This document shows, one piece after another, positions 25,201-35,630 of a stretch of 64,000 nucleotides of DNA. The stretch lies in NCBI GenBank assembly GCA_964252035.1, contig OZ176204.1; one strand, written 5' to 3'. The position numbers and the translations under genes are program-made. The notes under the pieces were generated by a model that was not told where the DNA came from, did no database searches, and saw nothing but the letters and a program-made list of their open reading frames with translations. Position 1 is the stretch's first letter, and every line of letters starts with the position of its first letter. The stretch comes from Podarcis erhardii (lineage: Eukaryota).

Positions 25201-26366
25201 GAGCTAGAAATGTTTTTGATTCCTCTGCATAGTTCATAATAACATCCACCACACTCATTTATTGCTGTCAGCTACTGTGTGCATTTATGCAATTATCTCA
25301 GAGCTGCCAATAATGATGTACTGGCCCAAATGTTTCCATCCTGTTGTAGAACTAATCTATACCAGGTAAGCTGATAGAGCTGTGGAAAGTGAAAAGGGGC
25401 TTGCTCCTTTGTTCACATCTATCAATTCAGAAAGGAAAGATGGAGGGGAGAAAGAAAGACAGTTGGCTATATTTTTCTTCTTTCTATCTCCAACTTTCTG
25501 GCCCTATTTTTCACAGAAGATAAGTGATAATGCTGAAATGTTCCAAGGACACTTGTCCATGGCTTTATAGTTCAAGGCCTTAGATGACTTCTTTTTTTCA
25601 ATTTTTTGAACCAAACAAGACACAGTTAAGGTGAATTCTGCAAGATTGTCTCCTCTGCTCAACAGCTATTGGCTACTTTCTGGAAATAGCCGTTAGGTAA
25701 GAGCAAAACCAAGGGGCAAACCCCACTCTCTGCAGCCATTTGAGGACGATACCATAGTCAACAGTATCAAAAGCCAAAAAGAGATCGGGGGGGGGGGTCA
25801 CTCTTACCCAACCTCTCCTGACAAATGTCATCAACCAGAGTGACCAAGGCAGTTTCAGTGCTATGACTGGGCCCGAAACTGGAATGAAATGAGTCCAAAT
25901 AATCAGTTTCCTCCAATTATGCCTGGGCTGCTAACATCCTCTTGAGCCCCTTGCTCCCAAAGGGGATACTCACTGCTGGGCAATAGCTGTTGTACTTACT
26001 CTTTTGTGTGCAAGGAGGCCCCCTTAAAGAGAAGTTACTCCCTGTGTTAAGCTACATAGCACCCACCTCCCAAATGACGCTTTATTCAATAAGCCAAGAT
26101 AGGCAAGGGTTAAGAGGGTTGGTGACCCACATCCTGAATCTGCAATAGTTGAAACCTGATCCAGAACAGATGAAACAGTCAGTGCTCTGGATCCCTCCAT
26201 AGTCTACCTGTGTCATCCAATTAAAAATCTAGTGTGATTTTGGATTTACAGCAGTGACACTATTTTACTTTCTCTTTCCTTTCCTCCTATATGACTGTTT
26301 GCTCTTGGGCTGCGGCATTCTCATGGGAACAACTTAGCTTGACCTTGACTCTTAGATAAAATTGGA

Positions 26367-27420
26367 ATGAGCGGCACAAGAAAAAGGGGAGCAAGAACCA
26401 GACAAACAACTCTAACCTCAGCTTTACAGACACGTAGATCATCTGTACTTACTCTGCCGTTAGCAGGGGAAGAAGAAATTGTGTCTACTCTGCCGTTGGC
26501 AGGGGAAGAAGAAACTGAGCAGTTACAGTTGGAAGATATGGCCTCAGGAGCAACTGCTTCAATTTTAGAGAAAATTTATGAAAAATTGGAGTCTTTGGAT
26601 AAAAGAGTAGAATCTTTGGACAAGAAAGCAGATGAACAAACAGCCAAAATTGACCAAAATACAGCTTGTCTAAACAAAATAACTGGACAGGTGGCACAGA
26701 ACGTACAAGCAATTGGGCACTGAGGCCACTGCAGAGAATCGTAAACTGGCTGAGGCTACTAGCCAAAAAGTTGAAAATTTAGAACAAGAGGTAAAACCAC
26801 TCTGCAAACAAGTTGGAGAACAACAGATGTATTTGTCTATGATAGAATTGCGGAACCGGGAAAACAATTTAAGGTTAAGGTCAATACCAGAAGCTGAAGA
26901 AGGAAACTTAGTTGAGTTCCTGACTAAAGAATTTTCCAAGTTCTGGCTTATACAGGAAGAAAGGGATTTTAAAATTGTATCGGCTTTCAGACTTGGAAGA
27001 TTTGCAAAGAAAGATAAGCCCAGAGACTGTTTGATAACTTTGAGATCGAAGGAGGAAAGGGACAAGATCTTGGGTTTACACTACGAAAAGTCACTGGACA
27101 TTTTGGACAGAAGAGCTGAAATTTACAAAGACATCCCGAAACAACTGCTGGACCTTAGATCCGCCTATCTTGAATTGGTCAGATTGTTAAGGAGCAACTC
27201 AATTATTTTTAGGTGGGAATTTCCTCAGGGATTATCTTTCACCTTCAGAGGGAAGAAAGTCAAGATTAAAACACTTGAAGACAGAGATAAATTTCTGATT
27301 GCCTACGGAGAGGACCTTCAGAAAGGAATTGAAACACCTTTGGGGCCTGGAGCATCTGCTGTACCCCTTTCCTTGGAACCTGAAGATCCAGAGAAAAAGA
27401 TACCACCCTTAGAGAAATAA
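26367..27420 (+). CDS. L1 ORF1p (coiled coil + RRM + CTD; ~350 aa), split by a +1 frameshift at ~26715
   Basis: ORFs 26367-26723 and 26713-27420 join if one G is removed from attgggcact. Heptad-rich N-half. ELRNRENNLRLRSIPE, PRDCLITL, IYKDIP and FRWEFP motifs are typical of L1 ORF1p. Confidence 0.9.
26451..26512 (+). repeat. In-frame 36-nt tandem duplication in ORF1 (TLPLAGEEEIVS-TLPLAGEEE)
   Basis: tactctgccgtt(a/g)gcaggggaagaagaaa occurs twice, 36 nt apart. Confidence 0.9.
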
Positions 27421-27434
27421 CAGATTTGTTCAGG

Positions 27435-30400
27435 ATGTCTCTGCAACTGTTGAGCTGGAATATTAATGGGTGCCACTCCCCGGAAAAAAGGAGGAAGTTA
27501 TTTTATATATTGAAAAAAGAACAATTGGACATTATTTGTTTGCAAGAAACACACGTGACCAGGCTCCATAAAAAAGTGCTAATAAACAAAAGATTAGGCC
27601 AAGAATTTATTTCTTCGGACCGGGTGAAGAAAAGAGGAGTGGTGATTTATGCAAAGGAGAGCCTGTCACCTAAACTTTTATTCAAAGATAAGCAAGGAAG
27701 AATTTTGGCAATTGAGATACAATATCAAGGAGAGAAGTTTTTGATATTAGGAATTTACGCACCAAATGAAGGGAAATCGGAATTTTATAAGAAGTTGCAT
27801 GAGAGTGTCCTGGACTATCTGGACTATGACAACATTATTATGATGGGAGATATGAATGGCGTGGTATCAACTAACATGGATAAGTCACAAAATCAAAATT
27901 TTACAAAAGATGGCAGACTACCCAAGACTTTTTTTGAAATGACTGACAATATGGACTTGATTGACATTTGGAGGACAAAGAACCCCTTGGGAAGAGAAGG
28001 AACATTCTTTTCTGAAGCCCAACTGACATGGACGAGAATCGACCAAATATGGATATCTAGAGGTCTGGCACCTAAGACCAGAAAAGTGGAAATCTGCCCA
28101 AAGACCTGCTCCGACCATAATGCTGTAAAGATGGATATGACACTACTACCAACCGGCTCCTTTAGATGGAAGATGAATGACAATTTGTTTAGAGATCAGG
28201 AGATTACCAAGAAGGCCCAAAAAGTTTTGAAGGATTATTTCGAGATAAACTTGAACACCATAGTGGAAAAAAGAACCATCTGGGATGCAAGTAAGGCTGT
28301 GATGAGGGGGTTCTTGATACAACAGAATGCTGTAAAGAAAAGGACACAAAATGAGAAAAAAGATAAGATTTTGGAGAAAATTAAAGAATCTGAGAAGAAG
28401 TTAAGATCTAATCCGAAGTCACAGCCGATTCTGAGAGAAATTAAACTCTATCAAGCACAATATTCTAAATTGATAAACCAGGAAATAGAGTGGAAAGTTA
28501 AACTAATGAAACAAAGAACATTTGAATCGGCGAATAAATGTGGGAAACTGCTAGCATGGCAGTTGAAGAAGAGACAAAAACTAAATACAGTTACAAATTT
28601 AGAGATTGAAGGAAGAAACATTCAGAACCCTGTGGATATTAGAAAGTGCTTCCAGAGATACTTCAAAAAACTATACACTCAAGGGCCGCAAGATGAGGCT
28701 GAGATAAAACAATTTCTGAAAAGGAACGGACTACCAAAACTGTCACAAGAAAATAGAGTAATCCTGAACTCTAAAATAACACGACAAGAGATTGAACAAG
28801 CCATTCAGAACATGCAATTGGGCAAATCTCCAGGGCCAGATGGGCTCACCTCCAAGTACTATAAGACATTGAAAGACTATTTGATACAACCACTCTTGGA
28901 GGTTAGCAACGAAATTTTGGAGGGGAAGAAGGCGCCGGAATCGTGGAAAGAAGCGTTTATCACATTGATACCAAAATCGGAAACTGAAAAGACTCAACTT
29001 AAGAACTACCGCCCCATCTCCCTTCTAAATGTGGATTACAAAATATTTGCAGACATTTTAGCAAGTAGATTTAAAAAAGTTTTGAATCAGGTAATTCATA
29101 AGGATCAGGCAGGCTTTCTCCCAGGCAGACATTTGTTTGCTAATACAAGGAACATAATTGATATTTTGGAATTTTTGCAAACAAATATCAATACAAAAGC
29201 AGTGTTAATTTTTATAGATGCGGAGAAGGCCTTTGATAATATTTCTTGGAAATTTATGAAGGGAAATCTGGAAGGGATGGGAGTGGGATGGGGTTTTGGA
29301 AATGGGATTGACGCAATTTATTCAGAACAAAAGGCTAAACTGATAGTCAACAATGTGATTACAGAAGAGTTCAAAATTGAAAAAGGAACACGACAAGGCT
29401 GTCCTATTTCCCCATTGTTATTTATTTCTGTCCTGGAGGTGCTCCTGAACATGATTAGAGGGGACCGGCTGGTGGAAGGTATTCAGGTCGGAGTGAAGCA
29501 ATATAAACTTAAAGCGTTTGCAGATGACCTAGTTTTGACTTTACAGGAGCCAGAATCTAGTACGAAAAAAGCATTACAATTGATTCAAGAGTTTGGTCGG
29601 GTAGCGGGATTTAAGTTAAACAAGCAGAAAACTAAGGTACTGGGGGAAAACTTGACAGTTACAGAGTCAGAACGGTTTCAGAAAGAGACAGAGTTGAATG
29701 TGGTTAAAAAAGTAAAATACCTAGGGGTAAATATAACAGCAAAAAATCTGAGTCTATTTAAAGATAATTATGAGAAATGCTGGGCAGAAATTAAGAGAGA
29801 CTTAGAAAGTTGGACAAGATTGAAACTTTCCTTGTTAGGCCGAATCGCTGCTGTAAAGATGAATGTATTGCCTAAAATGCTTTTTTTATTTCAAACATTA
29901 CAGATTGTGGACAAAACAGAGTGTTTCCGGAAGTGGCAGAGAGATATTTCCAAATTTGTCTGGCAGGGCAAAAAGCCCAGAATTAAGTTTAAGATATTAA
30001 CTGATGCGAAAGAAAGAGGGGGCTTTGCCCTGCCAGACTTAAGGCTGTATTATGAATCAGCAGCTTTCTGCTGGTTGAAAGATTGGCTGCTTCTCGAGGA
30101 CACTGATGTATTAGATTTGGAAGGTTTTGACAATGCGTTTGGCTGGCATGCATATTTATGGTATGACAAGGTTAAGATTAATAAGAATTTCAAGAACCAT
30201 ATTGTCAGAAAAGCAGTGTTTAATGTCTGGACAAAATACAAAGACTTATTGGAAAATAAAACTCCAAGGTGGCTTTCACCATTGGAAGCTAAGGCCAGGA
30301 AAAGACTCAATATGGAGGCCAAATGGCCGAAGTATTGGGAAATATTAGAAAAAGATGGAGATAACTGGAAATTGCAGAGTCAGGAGAAAATGAAAGACAA

Positions 30401-31173
30401 AGTGCGAGATTGGTTACATTATGCTCAGATTAAAGAAGTTTTTAAACTTGATAAAAAGTTAGGATTCCAGGTGGAAAAATCGAAGTTAGAAACGGAACTG
30501 CTAGAGCCTAAGACTAAGGTACTCTCAAGAATGTATAACTTGCTGCTAAAATGGAACACAAGATGAAATGGTTAAATCGGCTATGATAAAGTGGGCACAG
30601 GACATTGGGTATAATATTATGTTTGAGGACTGGGAAAAGTTATGGACTACTGGGCTGAATTTCACTGCATGTAATGCTTTGAAAGAAAATGTAATGAAAA
30701 TGATATATAGATGGTACATGACCCCAGTCAAACTTGCAAAAATATACCACTTGTCTGATAATAAGTGTTGGAAATGTAAGGAAAATGAAGGAACGTTCTT
30801 TCACCTTTGGTGGACTTGCCCCAAAGTGAAGGCTTTCTGGGAAATGATATATAATGAGCTGAAAAAGGTATTTAAGTATACCTTCCTTAAGAAACCAGAG
30901 GCCTTCCTTTTGGGTATTGTTGGCCAAGGGGTGTTAAAGAAGGATCGAACATTTTTTATGTATGCAACAACAGCAGCAAGGATACTCGTTGCCAAGCATT
31001 GGAAAACCCAAGATATACCCACACTGGAAGAATGGCAGATGCAACTGATAGACTATATGGAATTGGCCGAGATGACGGGCAGAATCCGAGACCTGGGAGA
31101 GGAGACGGTGGAAGAAGACTGGAAAAAAATTAAGATTTATTTGCAAAAATATTGTAAATTGTATGAATGTTAA
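27435..31173 (+). CDS. L1 ORF2p (APE endonuclease, reverse transcriptase, C-terminal CCHC; ~1245 aa), one frameshift at ~30558
   Basis: Endonuclease motifs SWNING, LQETH, GDMNG, RIDQIW, SDHNAV. RT motifs GKSPGPDG, YRPISLLNVDYK, QAGFLPGR, DAEKAFD, GTRQGCPISPLLF, AFADD, KYLG. The downstream frame 30568-31173 carries CWKC..HLWWTC. Confidence 0.97.
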
Positions 31174-31584
31174 GCAGGATGCTTGATCATAAACAATTTG
31201 GCACCATTGGAACAGATGAAGTGAATTATGAAGATAAGTTAAATTTACGAAAAAATCAACTTTTTTTAGATAACTATTAGGCTAAGCTTATTGTTTTAAT
31301 AGAGTGAAATGAATATATCTAAAATTTAAGATATAACATTGGAAAACTAGATTGTAAGGTGGGGACAAGGTGATAAATTTGCTGGATTAATTTTTATAAA
31401 TTTGGAACGCAGGAGCGGGAGATGTGAGGAAGTCCAAAGAGGATAAGAAAATATGTTATAAAATGTGATATTTTTGTGTGTTTTGTTTTGTGTGTTGTAA
31501 CAAAAAAACCCTTAATAAATATTATATATATAAAAAAAATCTAGTGTGACTTCACGGCAGGATGTTGCTGTTTTCAACAGGATA

Positions 31585-31828
31585 CAGTGGTACCTTGGGT
31601 TAAGTACTTAATTCATTTCGGAGGTCCGTTCTTAACCTGAAACTGTTCTTAACCTGAAGCACCACTTTTTAGCTAATGGGGCCTCCTGCTACTGCTGCGC
31701 TGCCGGAGCACGATTTCTGTTCTCATCCTGAAGCAAAGTTCTTTACCCGAGGTACTATTTCTGGGTTAGTGGAGTCTGTAACCTGAAGCGTATGTAACCT
31801 TAAGCGCATGTAACCCGAGGTACCACTG
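31585..31828. mobile_element. Tigger-like (Tc1/mariner-pogo) MITE, 244 bp
   Basis: TIR CAGTGGTACCT(T/C)GGGTTA with TA duplications on both sides. Same family as 54028-54253, in the opposite orientation. Confidence 0.93.
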
Positions 31829-32637
31829 TATAGTAAAAGCTCCTTATAACATAATAACAAATTCTGAGTCCCTCTGGGCTTTTCTTTACAATTAAATGGT
31901 ATATTAATTTTGTTACATGAAATGAATTCTAAATTTTCTGTGGCTACCATTTTAAATGCCATAGAACAGCAAGCTTAAAAAACAACAACATTTTCCCCCC
32001 ACTCTGCTCATGTACTGAGACTTGGGACTGCTCTTCTTGTGCCAGTTGAGTTATGCCCACATGCAGTCTCTCCAGTACAAATTTTACACTCCCATACAGA
32101 AGTAATACACAGCCATCACATGCCCCCTTCATTTCAGTGAAGAGAATCTGTTCTAATTGGTCCTTCCAAATTGCTGCTTCCTAATTGTAACAGGTCTTCT
32201 CATTAAAATGTTGGACTAAATCCTAATTTTCTGCGAAGTGTTACGTGCAGGGAGAGATTTATATTCATCATTAGCTTCTTATCTAAGTAAACATGAGTTG
32301 GTTGAGAGACGGGAAAAACCCATTGCATCTTATGTCAGGAGCTAAGCAGATCAGGTGAGCAACTGAGCCCAACTTGCTTCATGGTTAAAGCCGTTCTGGA
32401 GATGAATATTATTGCTTTGGGGTTCTCTGTTTCATTAAGATGCCAGTCAAAATTTGGCAGTTTCAGCTGCATGTTTGTTTGCTATCAGAAGTGTTAAGCA
32501 CATCTTATTAGTTAGACAATGTATTTCTGGGACCAATATGAAGAGAGTCAAGCACTATGTGCTCAAGAGAAACAGAGCATTCTCTTTGGGTAGGGCCTTA
32601 GAAAACACAGGATTTCCAGTTTGAATATATATCTCAG

Positions 32638-32773
32638 CAGGGCTTTTTTTCAGCCAGAAACTTACTGGAACTTAGTTCCAGCACCTTTCAGGTGAGCACC
32701 ATTGCCATTAAAAGAGAACAAGGGAGGTGTTTCATGGTGAATTCTGGCACCTCTTTCTAGAAAAATAGCACTG
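32638..32773. mobile_element. hAT-like MITE, 136 bp
   Basis: TIR CAGGGCTTTTTT versus CAGTGCTATTTTT. TSD TATCTCAG / TGTCTCAG (7 of 8 match). Confidence 0.85.
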
Positions 32774-32925
32774 TGTCTCAGATTATTGAACTTTAGTTTG
32801 ACTTGCTCTGAGAAGGCTGTTCAAAATAGTAAGTACAGTAGATTGGTGGTTAAAGTAATTTTTTTGTCTGGAATTGGTTTAATATTTTCATTGGAATTGT
32901 TGGTTTGACTTTATATTTGGTGTCT

Positions 32926-32992
32926 TAGAATCATAGAATCATAGAATCATAGAGTTGGAAGAGACCACAAGGGCCATCGAATCCAACCCCCT
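32926..32992 (-). mobile_element. CR1 LINE extreme 3' end
   Basis: Reverse complement is agggggttggattcgatggcccttgtggtctcttccaactctatgattctatgattctatgattcta: CR1 terminal hairpin plus ATTCTATG octamer repeats. Confidence 0.9.
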
Positions 32993-32995
32993 ATT

Positions 32996-33260
32996 GTTGT
33001 TGTTCTTCTCCTTCTCCTTCTCCTTCTTCTTCTTCTTTTGCTTAGAGCCGAGTAAGATTGTCTTCCATAAACACAATTTTAAAAGTGAGTCTGTAAGTGA
33101 CTGTGGAGGCCAATTCTGGATCAACACGTCCTTCCACATAGGTTTCCAGGTGGGAGTTGATCATGGTGAGGGTTTGCCAAGTGTGCCTTCCTCTTACTAT
33201 GTCTCTACCTTTCATCCTGAGTTTGAGCGTCTTCAAAGTCCATGACACCTTTGAAAAAGG
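32996..33260 (-). mobile_element. RTE-clade LINE 3' fragment with (AAG/GAG)n tail
   Basis: Minus strand encodes CGRTC*SRIGLHSHLQTH, the C-terminal Cys/His motif of RTE-1-like ORFs. It is followed by gaagacaatcttactcggctc and a simple-repeat tail. Confidence 0.75.
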
Positions 33261-33517
33261 CTGTTCTCCAATATAATTTCATATTTGGTGTACCATGCTC
33301 TGGGATGACTTATTTGATGAGGGTGGCATGTTGAAAATGAAATGAAATTAATCTTTGTATCAGTGACCATAATGAACACTTCTGGCCAGTAAGCAACCAC
33401 ATGCCTGCATAGTGCTGACCCAGTCAGCTCCTATTTCCAGAGCCTTGCAATGTCCACAGGAAAGATTATGCCCCCTGCATCCTTTAGAATGCTGACCAGC
33501 TGATCTGACCTCTTCTA

Positions 33518-33768
33518 ACACTGTGGTGTAGTGGTTAAGAGCGGTAGACTCATAATCTTGTGAACCGGGTTCGCATCCCCGCTCCTCCACATGCAGCTGC
33601 TGGGTGACCTTGGGCTAGTCACACTTCTCTGAAGTCTCTCAGCCTCACAGAGTGTTTGTTGTGGGGGAGGAAGGGAAAGGAGATAGTTAGCCGCTTTGAG
33701 ACTCCTTAGGGTAGTGATAAAGTGGGATATCAAATCCAAACTCCTCCTCCTCTTCTTCTTCTTCTTCT
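33518..33768 (+). mobile_element. tRNA-head SINE of Squam3/Ther1(MIR)-like type, (CTT)n tail
   Basis: A box TGGTGTAGTGG, B box GGTTCGCATCC, core tgggtgaccttgggctagtcac, tail caaatccaaactc(ctt)n. Related copies at 61117 and 62085. Confidence 0.9.
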
Positions 33769-35404
33769 GAGACACCACTGGACATGGGTGAGACACTGAA
33801 GCAACAAAATCCTATGCCTCACAACTTATCATTTTCACATCTCATGTAGGATCCTGAAGGAAATGAATTGATGAATAGTCACCCAATGCACTTAAATCTC
33901 AACACCACCATTCTATGCTCTTTTGTGCTGTTTGTGGTACTGGTGACTGGTTACCAGAGTCAGTAGTTAATGCAATTAATTAACTGAATTAAACTGATTT
34001 AAGGGAACCCAAAATTGGGGGGGGGGGGAGCTCAAATACTGAGTCTCTTCTTCATTTCTTATATTTCAGCAAAGTTCCTTAGGAGTCAAAAGTTCACTGC
34101 TGCTTTTCCAGCAAAACATAACTTTTCTCCCACATTTGAATCAAGGTTAGTTGGGTTGAGAGTGTTTCTGTGATCCACAGCTGAAGATACACTGTGGGTG
34201 CAGGTTAGCCAATGCAGTTTTGTGGAGCTAGTTGTATTATTGCATGATCATTAATTTCAATGCAGTGGAGGTGGTCAAAAGTGCTAGAGAGATTGCATAA
34301 GAGCAAAGTAGATGTGCTATTAAAACTGATGCTCTGAAAAACACTGCTCATTAGATTTAGCCTATTAAATTTGCTCTGGAATCAATGATACAACATGTTT
34401 TGTGCTAGTGCAGAATCTAACATGATTTTCACATATACGTAAATACCCTTTATTATCAATTAAACATTCTACGAACTTGAACTCCTGCTTTCTTAATGGA
34501 AACTATTTGCATTCATTGAGAGAAATACATGCCTGTGCCCTCTGACCGATGCTGTCAAATAGAGAATTGACTTTGGATTCTCGGACAAGTGGGCTAAGGC
34601 TGCCGTATTTAATGGATAACCTCATGCCACTTGCTAGTCCTTAACTATTCTGCAAGGTTGCTCTTCTTAAAATACTTCCATCTCATTCCTGAAAATCTGA
34701 TGGCTATGTAAAAAGAAAGAAAGAACAAAATTAGTCAAAGGTCATCTAGGTCTCCTGCTAGATTTGATTTGTAAGCAATTGCAGTGCCACATGTGGACAT
34801 GATCAAGCTGCAAATAAATGTTCTCATTTAATATCAGACCTCGTGAATGCTTTTTATATAACAAAAAGTAGCAGTAAAATGAATACGAAGTATTAGAGCG
34901 GTGGGGGTGGGGAATAGCAGCGCCTGGAGTCAGCTTCCACCAAAAAAGGAGGAAGACCATTTCTTTCCAGACAATCATTCCAGATGAGCACATGTTCATA
35001 TTTGGAAGAGAAGGAACAGGAATCATGGCGTGTCCCCAAACCATATACGTACAGTAGATTCATTTGAAGGTCAGAACAGATTTTACACTGAATCACAAAG
35101 GAGGACAATGATTTAGAGGATAATCAACAAGAGTCAAAGTACTGATTAAGACCCACAGATAGAAAGCATTTGTACCCATCATCCTTGTTACCTGATTGTT
35201 CAGCTGTAACAAAGAGTCAAGTAACATCCTAAAATGAAAGGGATGAGTAATATGGGAAATTGGATGTTGATAAAGTTTTCCAATTCTTTACACATCAAAG
35301 TATTTAGAATGCTGCCCAAGTGTTGAATTCTATATTTTCAAAACAATGTAACACATTTCTTTTTTCCACGAGCCATTGGAGCAACCTGAAATCTGTTTTG
35401 CACC

Positions 35405-35525
35405 CAGCACAGTCTAATCCAGCCACACTCCCACCCCCAGTGTTTGGGACTGCAGGCCCCACTACCCATGGCTGATGTTAGTTACAATCCCAAACATCTT
35501 TAGGGCACCAGATTGGGGAAGGCTG
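35405..35525. mobile_element. Degenerate hAT MITE fragment
   Basis: tgtttgggactgca..ttacaatcccaaacatct..gggcaccagattggggaaggctg resembles the 136-bp palindromic family. Confidence 0.45.
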
Positions 35526-35539
35526 ATCTAAGCCAATTA

Positions 35540-35630
35540 AAGTTGCAATCCTATGCACACATTTTGCAGGGAATTAGCCCATGTACCCATTGGGACTTGC
35601 TGCTGAGTAAACGTGTGTAGGGTTGAGCTG
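35540..35630. repeat. Old short palindromic interspersed repeat
   Basis: gttgcaatcctatgcacac..tgggacttgctgctgagtaaacgtgtgtagggttgagc is the same family as 12985-13067. Confidence 0.5.

Larger units (their letters stand above)
26238..31534 (+). mobile_element. L1-clade LINE, near full length (5' UTR probably truncated), 5.3 kb
   Basis: 15-bp TSD AAAAATCTAGTGTGA at 26223-26237 and 31535-31549, preceded by TT (TT/AAAA endonuclease site). Contains ORF1 and ORF2, AATAAA at ~31514 and an A/TA-rich tail. Confidence 0.97.

Noticed and set aside
27893-31146. Multiple minus-strand ORFs within the L1
   Set aside because: Antisense shadows of ORF2.
34893-35108. CpG-containing segment with open frames on both strands
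   Set aside because: No recognisable homology and no convincing donor site.
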